The translations under genes and the position numbers were made by a program. Positions 11,425 to 22,075 of a stretch of 64,000 nt of DNA are shown in pieces; the stretch's first letter is position 1, and the number at the start of each line of letters is the position of its first letter. Source of the DNA: an uncultured Chloroflexia bacterium (GTDB taxonomy: Bacteria > Chloroflexota > Limnocylindria > Limnocylindrales > CSP1-4); NCBI GenBank assembly GCA_963720755.1, contig CAVRGP010000011.1, positions 544,001 to 608,000 of the forward strand. The letters are read 5' to 3'. Under the pieces are notes generated by a model. The model made no database searches and was not told where the DNA came from. It saw only the letters and a list, made by a program, of their open reading frames with translations.

Positions 11425-11432
11425 CCGGACGG

Positions 11433-11461
11433 TTGCCGGGTGCGGTCATCTTTGGTACGCT
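11433..11461 (+). promoter_or_regulatory. Putative sigma70/sigmaA promoter for the infA-rpmJ-alpha cluster
   Basis: TTGCCG(11433-38), 17 nt spacer, TACGCT(11456-61), with extended -10 TG at 11453-54. Confidence 0.7.
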
Positions 11462-11471
11462 ACGCGTTCGT

Positions 11472-11495
11472 GTGTCGGCCCGACTGGGCCGACAC
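11472..11495 (+). promoter_or_regulatory. Perfect 10-bp hairpin in the infA 5' UTR (candidate leader RNA)
   Basis: GTGTCGGCCC-GACT-GGGCCGACAC; no U-tract. Confidence 0.55.
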
Positions 11496-11525
11496 TGCGC
11501 GTGAGAAAGGGAAGCACGCAAGCCT

Positions 11526-11744
11526 GTGGCCAAGCGAGACGCGATCGAAGTCGAGGGAACGGTCATCGAACCGCTCCCCAACACCATGTTCGCGGTCGAG
11601 CTGGAGAATGGCCACCGGGTGCTCGCCCACATCAGCGGCAAGCTGCGCATGAACTTCATCCGCATCCTGCCCGGTGACCGTGTCCGAGTCGAGTTGTCTC
11701 CGTACGACCTGACCCGGGGCCGGATCACCTACCGACTCAAGTGA
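11526..11744 (+). CDS. infA: Translation initiation factor IF-1
   Basis: [33 protein letters not shown]. Confidence 0.99.
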   Translation: MAKRDAIEVEGTVIEPLPNTMFAVELENGHRVLAHISGKLRMNFIRILPGDRVRVELSPYDLTRGRITYRLK

Positions 11745-11772
11745 CGCCACCACCAAGAACACCGAGGATCCG

Positions 11773-11886
11773 TTGAAAGTCAGAGCTTCCGTCAAGGCGC
11801 GCTGCGACAACTGCAAGGTCATCCGTCGCCACGGCACCGTGATGGTCATCTGCACCAACCCGAAGCACAAGCAGCGGCAGGGGTAA
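11773..11886 (+). CDS. rpmJ: 50S ribosomal protein L36 (Zn-binding; absent from the supplied ORF track)
   Basis: Hand translation from TTG 11773: [37 protein letters not shown]; GAGG SD upstream. Confidence 0.98.
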   Translation: MKVRASVKARCDNCKVIRRHGTVMVICTNPKHKQRQG

Positions 11887-11889
11887 CCG

Positions 11890-12261
11890 ATGGCACGTAT
11901 CGCCGGCGTCGACATCCCTCGCGAGAAGCGGGTGGAGGTCGCCCTCACCTACGTCTTCGGGATCGGTCTGCCGACCAGCCAGAAGATCCTCGCTCAGACC
12001 AACGTCAACCCGGACACCCGGGTGCGCGATCTGACCGAGGAGCAGGTCAATCGACTGCGCGAGCTCATCGACCGACGCTACAAGGTCGAGGGCGACTTGC
12101 GTCGCGAAGTGGCGCTCAACATCAAGCGCCTGATCGAGATCGGCTCGTATCGCGGTGTGCGCCACCGGCGCAACCTGCCGGTCCGCGGCCAGCGCACCAA
12201 GACCAACGCTCGCCAGCGTCGCGGACCGAAGAAGACGGTCGGCGTCAGGCGCAAGAAGTGA
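11890..12261 (+). CDS. rpsM: 30S ribosomal protein S13
   Basis: [32 protein letters not shown]. Confidence 0.99.
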   Translation: MARIAGVDIPREKRVEVALTYVFGIGLPTSQKILAQTNVNPDTRVRDLTEEQVNRLRELIDRRYKVEGDLRREVALNIKRLIEIGSYRGVRHRRNLPVRGQRTKTNARQRRGPKKTVGVRRKK

Positions 12262-12278
12262 CGAAGGACTGACCAGGC

Positions 12279-12674
12279 ATGGCAGAACGCAAGCGAGCGG
12301 TCAAGACACGTCGGCGTGAGAAGAAGAACGTTCCTCAGGGCCACGTTCACATCCAGGCCACATTCAACAACACGATCATCACGATCACCGACCTCAACGG
12401 GGCCGTCATCAGCTGGGGCTCCGCCGGCGTCGCCGGGTTCAAGGGGTCGCGCAAGAGCACGCCCTACGCGGCTGCGCTCTCGGCTGACGGCGCGGCCAAG
12501 CGTGCGATGGAGCACGGCATGCGCCAGGTCGAGGTCTATGTGAAGGGACCGGGCGCCGGGCGCGAGCAGGCGATCCGGTCGCTCCAGGCAGCCGGCCTCG
12601 AGGTCAGCGCCATCACCGACGTCACACCCATCCCGCACAACGGTTGCCGCCCGCCCAAGCGGCGCCGAGTCTAA
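12279..12674 (+). CDS. rpsK: 30S ribosomal protein S11
   Basis: [37 protein letters not shown]. Confidence 0.99.
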   Translation: MAERKRAVKTRRREKKNVPQGHVHIQATFNNTIITITDLNGAVISWGSAGVAGFKGSRKSTPYAAALSADGAAKRAMEHGMRQVEVYVKGPGAGREQAIRSLQAAGLEVSAITDVTPIPHNGCRPPKRRRV

Positions 12675-12688
12675 GAGTTCGAGGACCC

Positions 12689-13315
12689 ATGGCCCGTTAC
12701 ACCGGATCCGTCTGCCGCCTCTGCCGCCGCGAGGGAGCCAAGCTCTTCCTGAAAGGCAGCCGCTGCTATTCCAAGAAGTGCTCGTTCGAGCGCCGACCGA
12801 CCCCTCCCGGCCAGCACGGCGTTCGTCGCCGGAAGGTCGGTGAGTACGGTCTCCAGCTTCGGGAGAAGCAGAAGGTCCGCCGCACCTACGGCGTCCTGGA
12901 GCGACAATTCCGGAACTACTTCATCGACGCCGAGAATCAGCCGGGCGTGACCGGCGAGAACCTGCTGCGCTCGCTCGAGCTGCGGCTGGACAACGTCGTC
13001 TATCGGCTCGGCATCGCGTCGTCGCGCGCCCAGGCCCGCCATTTCGTGGGCCACGGACATTTCGCCGTCAACGGCCGCCCGACGAATATCTCCTCGTATC
13101 AACTCAAGCCCGGCGATCGGATCGAGGTTCGCGAATCCCATCGCGTCCGCGAGCCGTTCAAGATCGCAAAGGAGACCCTCCGGTCGCATCAGGCGCCGGA
13201 GTGGCTGACCATCGATGCGGCCAACCTGTCCGGGGCTGTCGTCGCGCCACCATCCCGCGACCAGATGCCGCTCGATCTCAACGAGCAGCTCGTGGTCGAG
13301 TACTACTCGAGGTAA
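12689..13315 (+). CDS. rpsD: 30S ribosomal protein S4 (Cys-containing N-terminus)
   Basis: [40 protein letters not shown]; GAGG SD before ATG 12689. Confidence 0.99.
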   Translation: MARYTGSVCRLCRREGAKLFLKGSRCYSKKCSFERRPTPPGQHGVRRRKVGEYGLQLREKQKVRRTYGVLERQFRNYFIDAENQPGVTGENLLRSLELRLDNVVYRLGIASSRAQARHFVGHGHFAVNGRPTNISSYQLKPGDRIEVRESHRVREPFKIAKETLRSHQAPEWLTIDAANLSGAVVAPPSRDQMPLDLNEQLVVEYYSR

Positions 13316-13324
13316 CCCGCACCC

Positions 13325-14323
13325 ATGATCGAACTCGAGAGCCCGCAGATCGAGCCCGTAGAGGAAGCCGGCACGTACGCCAAGTACGAAGCCGGGCCGC
13401 TCCAGGCCGGGTACGGCGTCACCCTCGGCAATGCCCTCCGACGGGTGCTCCTGTCGTCGCTGGAGGGTGCCGCTGTCACCAGCATCCAGATCCGCGACAT
13501 CTACCAGGAGTTCTCGACGATCCCCGGCGTCAAGGAAGACGTCACCCAGATCGTGCTGAACGTCAAGAAGCTACGCCTCAAGAGCTATGCCGGGCATCCG
13601 GTCCAGCTCCGCCTGATCAAGAGTGGGGCAGGCGCGGTGACCGCGGCCGATATCGCCGAGTCGGCCGATATCGAGATCGTCAATCCTGACCTTGTCCTGA
13701 TGACCCTCGACACGGACGACGTGACCATCGAGATGGACCTGACCGTCGAACGCGGGGTCGGTTACCTTGGCGCCGAGCGTGCGGAGGCCCTGCCGATCGG
13801 GGTCATCGCCGTGGACGCGATCTTCACGCCGGTTCGCAAGATCAACTACTGGGTCGAGAGCATGCGGGTCGGTCAGATGACCAACTACGACAAGCTCACG
13901 ATCGAGATCGAGACCGACGGGACGATCAGCCCGGAAGAGGCACTCAGCCGTTCGGCCGAGATCCTGGTCAACCAGTTCCGGCCGTTCGTGACCGTGGGCG
14001 TGCCGACGGCCCCGCCAGCTCCGGTGACCGGGGCGGCAGCCCTGCCAGCCAACATGCTGGACATGCCGATCGAAGAGCTCGATCTCCCGATGCGGGCCTA
14101 CAACTCGCTCAAGCGCAACAACATCGTCAAGGTCGGTCAGCTGCTCCAGCTGAAAGACGAGGACCTGTTGCGGATGCGCAACTTCGGCAAGAAGTCGCTC
14201 GACGAGATGAAGGAACGGCTGCGCATGCGCGGGTTCATCGTCCCCGAGACGGAGGCCGAGGGCCTCGACGACATCGATGCGCTCGAGACGGACGAGCCGT
14301 TCGAGGATGAGGCTGAGGACTGA
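13325..14323 (+). CDS. rpoA: RNA polymerase subunit alpha
   Basis: GYGVTLGNALRRVLLSS, VDAIFTPV, alpha-CTD RAYNSLKR...NFGKKSL. Confidence 0.99.
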   Translation: MIELESPQIEPVEEAGTYAKYEAGPLQAGYGVTLGNALRRVLLSSLEGAAVTSIQIRDIYQEFSTIPGVKEDVTQIVLNVKKLRLKSYAGHPVQLRLIKSGAGAVTAADIAESADIEIVNPDLVLMTLDTDDVTIEMDLTVERGVGYLGAERAEALPIGVIAVDAIFTPVRKINYWVESMRVGQMTNYDKLTIEIETDGTISPEEALSRSAEILVNQFRPFVTVGVPTAPPAPVTGAAALPANMLDMPIEELDLPMRAYNSLKRNNIVKVGQLLQLKDEDLLRMRNFGKKSLDEMKERLRMRGFIVPETEAEGLDDIDALETDEPFEDEAED

Positions 14324-14325
14324 CG

Positions 14326-14679
14326 ATGGCGCATCGGATCGGCGGTCGCAAACTCAGTCGCAAGCAGGGGCCGCGTCTCAGCTTGTTCAAGAACCTCACC
14401 GTGTCGGTCATCCGCTACGAGAAGGTCAAGACGACCGAGGCGAAGGCCAAGGAGATCAGCGGGCGCGTCGAGAAGATGATCACGCTCGCCAAGCGGGGCG
14501 ACCTGTCGGCACGCCGTGCGGTCGTCTCCCAGTTTCCCAATGAGCCGCTCGTCGTCGCCAAGCTGTTCGACGAGATCGCGCCCAAGTATGCCGACCGGAC
14601 ATCGGGGTTCACCCGGATCGTCCGGCTCGGTCAGCGCCGCGGCGACGCGGCAGAGATCGTCCAGATCGAACTGGTCTGA
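14326..14679 (+). CDS. rplQ: 50S ribosomal protein L17
   Basis: GRKLSR, TTEAKAKE, GFTRI, RRGDAA. Confidence 0.99.
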   Translation: MAHRIGGRKLSRKQGPRLSLFKNLTVSVIRYEKVKTTEAKAKEISGRVEKMITLAKRGDLSARRAVVSQFPNEPLVVAKLFDEIAPKYADRTSGFTRIVRLGQRRGDAAEIVQIELV

Positions 14680-14735
14680 ACGCCGATAACGAAGACCCGC
14701 CGCCTCGGCGGACCCAGCCCGAGACCAACGACGGC

Positions 14736-15545
14736 ATGAGTCGCCAGAGTGGCAAGTCAAGTGTCCGAGAGGGCACACTCCGGCGCTTCCGCGCCGGAGT
14801 GGAATACGACGGAACGGACTTCGCCGGGTTCCAGGTCAACCCTGGGAAACGGACGGTCCAGGGGGTCCTGGAGGCAGCGCTGGCCCACCTCGGAAATGAG
14901 GTGGACGAACGGGTCGACGGGGCGGGCCGAACGGATGCCGGTGTCCACGCCACTGGGCAGGTGATCGCATTCACCTACCACGGGCGACTGTCGGCGACGG
15001 AGCTGGGTCGAGCGCTTGACGCGCTCCTCCCACCGGATGTCGCGGTCAAGGACATCCGACCGGCACCGGACGGGTTCAACCCTCGCTATGCGGCGCGGTA
15101 CCGGGAGTATCGCTACACCGTCTGGAACGGGCCGCGCAGTCCGCTTCGCGAGCGCACCGCGCTCGGGGTTCGGGCCCCGCTCGATACCGCCGCGATGGCG
15201 CGGGCCGGGTCGGCCTTCATCGGCCGGCACGACTTTCGCTCATTCGGGGCGGCGGGCCGAACGTCGGTCCGGACCGTGAACTCGGTCCGGGTCAGGCGAG
15301 ATGGCCGGCTCGTGACGATCGACGTCCGCGCCGATGCCTTCTTGCGCGGGATGGTCCGCCGGATGGTGGCCGCCCTCCTGGAGGTCGGTCTCGGTAGGAT
15401 GGAAGAGACAGCGGTCACGGTGGCACTGGCCACCGAGGGCCCGGCCTTTGACGGGGCATCGGCTCCGGCGAAGGGGTTATGTCTCAGGCACGTCGCCCTC
15501 GGGCGCACACCTGGGCGATCGAACGGAGATGACGAGGAACGATGA
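14736..15545 (+). CDS. truA: tRNA pseudouridine(38-40) synthase
   Basis: [21 protein letters not shown] (catalytic Asp), FLRGMVR, APAKGL. Confidence 0.97.
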   Translation: MSRQSGKSSVREGTLRRFRAGVEYDGTDFAGFQVNPGKRTVQGVLEAALAHLGNEVDERVDGAGRTDAGVHATGQVIAFTYHGRLSATELGRALDALLPPDVAVKDIRPAPDGFNPRYAARYREYRYTVWNGPRSPLRERTALGVRAPLDTAAMARAGSAFIGRHDFRSFGAAGRTSVRTVNSVRVRRDGRLVTIDVRADAFLRGMVRRMVAALLEVGLGRMEETAVTVALATEGPAFDGASAPAKGLCLRHVALGRTPGRSNGDDEER

Positions 15546-15973
15546 ACGCGAAGACCTATTCGGTCCGAGAGGGCGAGATCGAGCGACGCTGGTACGTCGT
15601 CGACGCGACGGACGAGACGCTCGGCCGCCTTGCCTCGCGCATCGCGCCGGTCCTCGAGGGCAAACACAAGCCCACCTATCAACCGAGTCTCGATTCGGGC
15701 GATCACGTGATCGTCCTCAATGCCGGCCGGATCGCCGTGACCAGCGACAAGCTCGAGACCAAGGTGTACAACCGCCACAGCGGTTATCCCCACGGGTTCA
15801 AGCAGGAGACCCTTGGTCATCTGTTGGAACGGCGACCGGAGGAAGTCATCCGACGCGCGGTCAAGGGGATGCTGCCACATAATCGACTCGGGACCCAGCA
15901 GCTCCGCAAGCTGAAGGTCTACCCCGGATCGGATCATCCGCATCAGGCCCAGCGGCCTGAGCCGCTCGCCTGA
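15542..15973 (+). CDS. rplM: 50S ribosomal protein L13
   Basis: WYVVDA, LGRLAS, GKHKP, AVKGMLP. Confidence 0.99.
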   Translation: MNAKTYSVREGEIERRWYVVDATDETLGRLASRIAPVLEGKHKPTYQPSLDSGDHVIVLNAGRIAVTSDKLETKVYNRHSGYPHGFKQETLGHLLERRPEEVIRRAVKGMLPHNRLGTQQLRKLKVYPGSDHPHQAQRPEPLA

Positions 15974-15990
15974 TCAGGAGCCTGCCGACC

Positions 15991-16389
15991 ATGACCATCC
16001 CCGCGTTCTACTCCGGAACCGGTCGCCGCAAGACGGCGATCGCCCGTGTTCGTCTTCTGCCCGGCGATGGTGAGATCGTCGTCAATGGCCGGACGATCGA
16101 CGAACACTTCGGCAACGCCATCAACGAATCCGATGTGCGGATGCCGTTCCGTGTGACCGGGACCGAAGGTCGCTACAACGTGATGGTCAAGGTGGAAGGC
16201 GGTGGCGTGACCGGCCAGGCCGGGGCGATCCGCCATGGCATCGCCCGCGCCCTGCTCGAGATCGACCCAGAGGGACACCGGCTGCCCCTCCGCCAGGCCG
16301 GCCTGCTCACCCGAGATCCGCGGATGAAGGAGCGCAAGAAGTACGGCCTCAAGCGGGCTCGCAAGGCGCCGCAGTACACCAAGCGGTAA
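15991..16389 (+). CDS. rpsI: 30S ribosomal protein S9
   Basis: [38 protein letters not shown]...QYTKR. Confidence 0.99.
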   Translation: MTIPAFYSGTGRRKTAIARVRLLPGDGEIVVNGRTIDEHFGNAINESDVRMPFRVTGTEGRYNVMVKVEGGGVTGQAGAIRHGIARALLEIDPEGHRLPLRQAGLLTRDPRMKERKKYGLKRARKAPQYTKR

Positions 16390-16414
16390 CGGGCGCGTCC
16401 GCCGGCCTGTCGCG

Positions 16415-17359
16415 ATGACGTCGACGTCGCTGCGGGGACGGGATCTGCTCAGCGTCGCCGACCTGTCCGCGGCAGATGTCGGGCAGGTCTTCGAGACCGC
16501 CACGACGCTCAAGTCCGAGTTCCGGGCGACTCGGCGACACGCAGACCCGCCGCTGATCGGTCGGACCCTGGCGATGCTCTTCCAGAAGCCGAGCCTGCGG
16601 ACGCGGGTGACCTTCGAGGCCGGGATGGCCCAGCTCGGGGGCCATGCCATCTACCTGACCCACGACGTCGTGCTGGGCGCGCGCGAGAGCGTCCGCGACG
16701 TCGCCCGGAACCTTGAACGGTTCGTCGACGGGATCGTCGTACGCACGGGACCCCACGAGGTAGCGGTCGAACTCGCTGCCCAGGCCGACATCCCGGTCAT
16801 CAACGGCCTGACCCTGCGGGAACACCCGTGTCAGGCGCTGGCCGACGCGTTCACCATGCGGGAACGGTTCGGTCGACTCGATGGCCTGGTCGTCGCCTTC
16901 GTGGGCGACGGGAACAATGTCTATCACTCACTGGCCCTGCTCGGCGGCGCGTTGGGCATGGAGATCCGGCTGGCGCATCCACCCGGTTACGGACCGAACG
17001 AGCGGATCGTGGCTCGAGCGACCGAAGCCGCGAGCGTGGGTGGCGGCCGTTTGAGCTTCGGCCACGACCCGGTCGAGGCCGTTCGGGGTGCATCCGTCGT
17101 CTACACCGACGCCTGGACGTCGATGGGCCAGGAGGCCGAGACCGAGGAACGGCGCGACGCGTTCGCCGGGTTCCAGGTCGACGATGCACTCCTCGACGCC
17201 GCGTCAGCGAACGCCGTCGCGATGCATTGCCTTCCCGCGCACCGAGGAGAGGAGATCACCTCGGCCGTGATGGATGGAGAGCGTACCCTGATCTGGGAGC
17301 AATCCGAGAATCGGCTCCATGTCCAGAAGGCCCTGCTGGTCGAACTGCTGCGAGGCTGA
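16415..17359 (+). CDS. argF: Ornithine carbamoyltransferase
   Basis: KPSLRTR (carbamoyl-phosphate site), HPCQALAD, DAWTSMG, HCLPAHRG. Confidence 0.93.
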   Translation: MTSTSLRGRDLLSVADLSAADVGQVFETATTLKSEFRATRRHADPPLIGRTLAMLFQKPSLRTRVTFEAGMAQLGGHAIYLTHDVVLGARESVRDVARNLERFVDGIVVRTGPHEVAVELAAQADIPVINGLTLREHPCQALADAFTMRERFGRLDGLVVAFVGDGNNVYHSLALLGGALGMEIRLAHPPGYGPNERIVARATEAASVGGGRLSFGHDPVEAVRGASVVYTDAWTSMGQEAETEERRDAFAGFQVDDALLDAASANAVAMHCLPAHRGEEITSAVMDGERTLIWEQSENRLHVQKALLVELLRG

Positions 17360-17363
17360 ACGA

Positions 17364-18266
17364 ATGATGCGTGAAGCGCCGCTCGAGCTGTACAAGGAGG
17401 CGCTCAGGCGCGGCCACGTGGCCGCCCTCCAGGGGCGACTCGATGCGGCGGCGGGGGCCTATCGCGAGGCCTCTCGGATCGCCCCGGATCGCAGCTTGCC
17501 GTACGTCGGTCTCGGTGGCGTGCTGGCGCGCCTTGGCCGATCGGACGACTCGCTCAGGGCGTATGGCGCCGCTCTCGAGCGGTCTCCGGGCGATGAAGGT
17601 GCGATGCGTGGGCGGGCCGATGTCCTGATCGCGCTCGGACGCCGGGCGGAGGCCGCCGAGACACTCGATCACCTGGCCGAGACCATGGAGCGTGATAGTC
17701 GCCTGGCGGATGCCTGCGATGTGGCCAGGACGGCTCTCGAACTCGCCGAATCCCGCGGTCGGCGCCAGCACGTCGAGCGGATCGTCGCGGGACTCCGGGC
17801 CACCTCGCCCGTTGACGCGGCGGCGGCTGAAGCGCTCGCCCGCGCCGAAGGCGTGCTGGAAACGGCGCCGGGAGTCGGTGCACCGCTCACCGCCGCCCCG
17901 GCGGAGGCGCCCGACCCTGCCCGGTTGACGCTCGCCGTCGAAGAGGCGCTCGAGGCGGGAGATCTGGAGGAAGCGCGCCGACGCGCGCTCGTCGCCGCCC
18001 AGGCCCATCGAGCCGTGGGCCAATACCACGCGGCGATGGACGCGTGCTATCAGGGCCTCGCCATCGAGCCCGCGGACCCCGATATCCATCTGCTGCTTGT
18101 GGAGCTGTATCTCGACCGCGGCTGGAATGGACCCGCGGCAGACAAGCTCGTCCTGCTCGGTCGCTTGTCGAAGTTGACCGGCGACGGAGCCACACGCGGA
18201 CGGCTGTGCTATCTGGCCGCGGCCAAGTTCCCCGATGACCCGAGGCTCGCGGCCGTCTGTAGCTGA
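17364..18266 (+). CDS. TPR-repeat protein, function unknown
   Basis: Repeated helical units (AAAGAYREASRIAPD / YVGLGGVLARLG / YGAALERSPGD / CYQGLAIEPAD) match the TPR pattern. Confidence 0.8.
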   Translation: MMREAPLELYKEALRRGHVAALQGRLDAAAGAYREASRIAPDRSLPYVGLGGVLARLGRSDDSLRAYGAALERSPGDEGAMRGRADVLIALGRRAEAAETLDHLAETMERDSRLADACDVARTALELAESRGRRQHVERIVAGLRATSPVDAAAAEALARAEGVLETAPGVGAPLTAAPAEAPDPARLTLAVEEALEAGDLEEARRRALVAAQAHRAVGQYHAAMDACYQGLAIEPADPDIHLLLVELYLDRGWNGPAADKLVLLGRLSKLTGDGATRGRLCYLAAAKFPDDPRLAAVCS

Positions 18267-18353
18267 CGGCGCCGGCTGCGGACCGACGCATCTGCCTGGC
18301 GCGTCCACACGCGGCGATCCCCATTCGAACCGTCGAGTCGCCGGGTGGCACGA

Positions 18354-18362
18354 TGCTACACT
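18354..18362 (+). promoter_or_regulatory. Extended -10 box, probable leaderless promoter of cdaA
   Basis: TGcTACACT followed 8 nt later by ATG 18371; no SD. Confidence 0.6.
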
Positions 18363-18370
18363 CGGTCTCG

Positions 18371-19396
18371 ATGCCCCTCTTCGGCTCCATCCTCGAGACG
18401 GTCCGCCTGACGACGGTCGTCGACATTGGGATCACCGCGCTCCTGATCTACTGGCTGTTCATCCTCATCCGTGGGACGCGAGCGGTCCGCCTGGTGATCG
18501 GCGTCAGTGTCCTGGCTTTGGTCTACGGCCTGGCCGTTGCGTTCGACCTTCGGCTGTTGACCCGGATCCTCGAGACCGGGGCGGTGGTCGGGCTGTTCGC
18601 GCTGGTCGTGATCTTCCAACCCGAACTTCGACGGGCGCTGGAGCGCATCGGGAGTGTCGGGTCGTTCAGCTGGCTCCTGTCGCCGGCCGAGTCGCGAGCC
18701 GTCGAACACGTTGCCACGGAAGTCGCTCACGCTGCGGCTGAGATGTCCGCGGATGGACACGGCGCGCTCATCGTCCTCCAGCGGGAGACCGGACTCGAGG
18801 AGGTCGCCGAGACGGGGGTGATGATCCACGGCGATGTCTCCGCCGATCTGTTGCGGACCATCTTCATGCCCAAGTCCGCCTTGCACGATGGAGCGGTGAT
18901 CATCAACGACGAGCGAGTGGTGGCGGCCGGCGCGCTGCTGCCGTTGGCGGAGATGTCGATCCACACCGAGCGGTTCGGGACGCGTCATCGTGCCGCCCTC
19001 GGGATCACCGAGCAGACCGACGCGGTGGTCGTGGTGGTCTCCGAGGAGAATGGCCAGATCAGCCTGGTGGAGCGGGCTCGCATCGTCCGCAACCTGACCG
19101 AGGTCGGTCTCGCGCGGGCGATCAGGCTGCTCCTCGATCCGGGAGGCGGGCGGCGCACGCCATTCGCCTGGTGGTCGACCGGAGGGCGGTCGGGTGACGC
19201 CGGACGCGCGCCCCGATTGCGCGATCTCGGTCGCCTCGTCGGGCGACCGCCGACCGTGATACCGAAACCCGCCCCGCCGTCGGCAGCGCCGGCGCCACCG
19301 GGCCCACCACCTGCCGGCTCGTCGGCACCAGCCCCGTCGGTGGCGAGCCCGCCGGTCGAGGATCGCGGTCCGTCCGCGGCTTCCACCCGGCAGTGA
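18371..19396 (+). CDS. cdaA: Diadenylate cyclase CdaA/DacA with Pro-rich C-terminal tail
   Basis: 3 N-terminal TM segments, IFQPELRRALE, catalytic HDGA and GTRHRAA, VSEE; followed by cdaR-glmM. Confidence 0.96.
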   Translation: MPLFGSILETVRLTTVVDIGITALLIYWLFILIRGTRAVRLVIGVSVLALVYGLAVAFDLRLLTRILETGAVVGLFALVVIFQPELRRALERIGSVGSFSWLLSPAESRAVEHVATEVAHAAAEMSADGHGALIVLQRETGLEEVAETGVMIHGDVSADLLRTIFMPKSALHDGAVIINDERVVAAGALLPLAEMSIHTERFGTRHRAALGITEQTDAVVVVVSEENGQISLVERARIVRNLTEVGLARAIRLLLDPGGGRRTPFAWWSTGGRSGDAGRAPRLRDLGRLVGRPPTVIPKPAPPSAAPAPPGPPPAGSSAPAPSVASPPVEDRGPSAASTRQ

Positions 19397-20658
19397 GACG
19401 GATCCTCGGTCGGATCGTCCACAACTGGCCGCTCAAGCTGGCCGCCGTCGGCGTCGCCATGCTCCTGTACGGCGGGCTGGCGCTGTCGCAGAACACCCAG
19501 ACGTACCCGGGCGTCATCCCGGTCCGACAGATCAATGCGCCGCCCGATACCTATGTCCTGACGCCCTCGCCGCCGGTGACCCTGATCCGCTACTTCGCGT
19601 CGAACGGGGTGTCGGTCGCGGCGAGCTCGTTCCTCGCCACCATCGACCTCGAGAGTTACGCCGATACGGTCGGTGTCGTGAGCGTCCCGATCGTGGTGAG
19701 CAGCCCGGATCCGAGGATACGGATCCTCGGCTTCGAACCGAGTTACGCCGTCATCGAACTCGATCATCTCGTGTCGAAGGGCGACATCCCGGTGCGTGTC
19801 GACCATGGCGCCGTCCCGGATGGCTTGACCCTGGGGGAGGTCACGGTGGAGCCGTCGACCGTGACGGTCTCGGGGGCGGCGTCGATCGTCTCCAAGGTGG
19901 ACTCGGTCAGGGCCGATGTCGCCATCGGGTCGACCGGGATCAATGTCGACGAGGATGTCACCCTCGTCCCGGTCGACAAGCTCGGCAACGCGCTGCGGCC
20001 GCTCGACGTCACGCCGCCGACGGCCCGGGTCCAGATCCCGGTGTTCTCCGATCGGCAGAGTCGCGCATTGCCGGTCAACCCGGTCATCTCCGGACAGCCG
20101 GCGGCTGGGTTCGAGATCGCCTCGGTGACCCCGACGCCGCAGGTCGTCCTCGTCGCCGGTGACGCCAACCAGCTGGCCGATCTGAAAAGCGTCGATACGG
20201 ATCCGATCTCGATGGCCGGGGTGTCCGGGAGCGAGACGGTCACGGTCGGCCTCGCCCTGCCTGACGGGATCGTGGCCGTCGATGGCGAGACGATCACGGT
20301 CACCATCGCGATCCGACCGGTCACCGCGACCCGGACCTTCGAGTCGGGACTCCGGCTCGTGGGCGCAAGCAGCGATCTCACCTACACGCTGTCGATCGAT
20401 CGGGTGCTCGTGACGATCGGCGGATCGACCGCCGACCTTGATCGACTGTCGGGTGCGAGCCTGGTGATGGATCTCGACGTCACCGGACTCGATCCGGGGG
20501 TCTACGATCTCACACCGACCGCGACCCTCCCAGCGGGTACCGCCGTCGTGGCGGTCAGCCCAGCGACCGTTCAGGTCACGATCGCCGGGCCCGTGGCGAG
20601 TCCGAGTCCGGGCAGCTCCACCTTCCCGTCGGCATCCCCGGCAGCGTCTGGAGGCTGA
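19393..20658 (+). CDS. cdaR: CdaR (YbbR-repeat) regulator of CdaA
   Basis: NWPLKL plus a single TM, then repeated beta-rich YbbR units (VEPSTVTVSG, PTPQVVLVAG); GTGA overlap with cdaA. Confidence 0.92.
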   Translation: MRRILGRIVHNWPLKLAAVGVAMLLYGGLALSQNTQTYPGVIPVRQINAPPDTYVLTPSPPVTLIRYFASNGVSVAASSFLATIDLESYADTVGVVSVPIVVSSPDPRIRILGFEPSYAVIELDHLVSKGDIPVRVDHGAVPDGLTLGEVTVEPSTVTVSGAASIVSKVDSVRADVAIGSTGINVDEDVTLVPVDKLGNALRPLDVTPPTARVQIPVFSDRQSRALPVNPVISGQPAAGFEIASVTPTPQVVLVAGDANQLADLKSVDTDPISMAGVSGSETVTVGLALPDGIVAVDGETITVTIAIRPVTATRTFESGLRLVGASSDLTYTLSIDRVLVTIGGSTADLDRLSGASLVMDLDVTGLDPGVYDLTPTATLPAGTAVVAVSPATVQVTIAGPVASPSPGSSTFPSASPAASGG

Positions 20659-20665
20659 TCCGAGG

Positions 20666-22000
20666 ATGGCTCGCCTATTCGGCACCGATGGGATCCGTGG
20701 GGTCGCGAATGTCGATCTCAAGCCGACGGTGGCCTATGCTCTCGGCCGGGCCGTGGCCCACCGGCTGGTCGGGCCAGGCGGCGCGATCGTGGTGGGTCAG
20801 GACACCCGCCGATCCGGGGACATGTTCGTGGCCGCCATCGTGGCCGGCGCCACGAGCCTCGGCGCCGATGTCCATGTCGTCGGCGTGGTCCCGACGCCGG
20901 CCCTCGCCTTCATCACGAGCCAGGGGCCATTCGCGGCCGGGATCATGGTCTCGGCTTCGCACAACCCCGCCGCCGACAACGGACTCAAGGTGCTCGACCA
21001 GGACGGACTCAAGCTCGACGACGCGATCGAGAACGAGCTCGAGGCGCTCATCTGGCGGACGGAGGAACTCGCCGGCCGCTCGAACGACGAGCTCGGCCAG
21101 GTCGTCGAGGCGAGCGCCCGGATCGATGACTACCGAGCGCATCGGATCGGCCTCGCGCGCGAGATCGATGCCAGCGGGTTGCGGCTCGTCCTCGACGCGG
21201 CCAACGGATCCGGATCGGCGGTCGGCCCGGAAGTCCTGGCGGCGACCGGCGCGACCGTCGAGGTCATCCATGCGGCCCCGGACGGCATGAATATCAACGT
21301 CCGGTCTGGTGCCACGGCCCCCGCCTCGCTCGCAGAGGCCGTCCTCGCCTCGGGTGCGGATGCCGGGTTCGCGCTCGATGGCGATGCCGATCGCCTGATC
21401 TCGGTCGATGCGGCGGGGCAGGTCGTGGACGGCGATCAGGTCCTGGGGATCCTGGCGCTGGATCGCCTCGAGCGCGGCGTCCTTCCCGGTGGCGGCCTGG
21501 TCGTGTCCGTCCTCTCGAACGGTGGGTTGCAGGCGGTCGTGGAGGCGGCCGGTGGCGAAGTCGTTCGAACGCCCGTCGGCGACAAGTACATCCTCGAGGG
21601 GATGCAGGTCTCCGGGGCGGTCCTCGGCGGCGAGAAGAGCGGTCATGTCATCGTCCTGGAACACACCACCTCGGGCGACGGTATCGTGACGGCGCTCGAG
21701 GTCCTCCGGGTGATGGCCCGACGTCGAGCGAGCCTGGCCGAGCTCGCGGCCGCGATCCCGCTCCTGCCCCAGCAACAGCGGGCGGTCAGGGCGCGTCACA
21801 AGGACCAATGGGAAGGCGACCCGGTCGTGCAGCGGGCCATCGCGGATGCCACCAGCCGGCTGGGCGAGCACGGGCGCGTCCTGGTCCGGCCATCCGGGAC
21901 GGAACCGGTCCTGCGGGTCATGGTCGAGGGGCCGGATGCCGCACTCGTCGAGTCGCTGGCCGACGCGCTCGCGGCCCTCGCCGGGGAGCGACTAGACTAG
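20666..22000 (+). CDS. glmM: Phosphoglucosamine mutase
   Basis: LFGTDGIRG, SASHNP (phospho-Ser), DGDADR, GGEKSGH, RPSGTEP. Confidence 0.98.
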   Translation: MARLFGTDGIRGVANVDLKPTVAYALGRAVAHRLVGPGGAIVVGQDTRRSGDMFVAAIVAGATSLGADVHVVGVVPTPALAFITSQGPFAAGIMVSASHNPAADNGLKVLDQDGLKLDDAIENELEALIWRTEELAGRSNDELGQVVEASARIDDYRAHRIGLAREIDASGLRLVLDAANGSGSAVGPEVLAATGATVEVIHAAPDGMNINVRSGATAPASLAEAVLASGADAGFALDGDADRLISVDAAGQVVDGDQVLGILALDRLERGVLPGGGLVVSVLSNGGLQAVVEAAGGEVVRTPVGDKYILEGMQVSGAVLGGEKSGHVIVLEHTTSGDGIVTALEVLRVMARRRASLAELAAAIPLLPQQQRAVRARHKDQWEGDPVVQRAIADATSRLGEHGRVLVRPSGTEPVLRVMVEGPDAALVESLADALAALAGERLD

Positions 22001-22075
22001 CCGCGGTGCCCATCGATCGGAGTCACCACTGTCGCGCGGCGTTGGATCGCCGGCACGCACGGAGGACCTGACGGC

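Noticed and set aside
14697-14711. Hairpin CCGCCG-CCT-CGGCGG after rplQ
   Set aside because: A 6-bp GC stem is expected by chance at this GC content; no U-tract
16415-17359. Possible non-ornithine transcarbamylase because of SLRT and its orphan location
   Set aside because: The DxxxSMG and HCLP ornithine-binding motifs are intact
22001-22075. Possible glmS ribozyme
   Set aside because: The gap is only 75 nt and no ribozyme core consensus is recognisable
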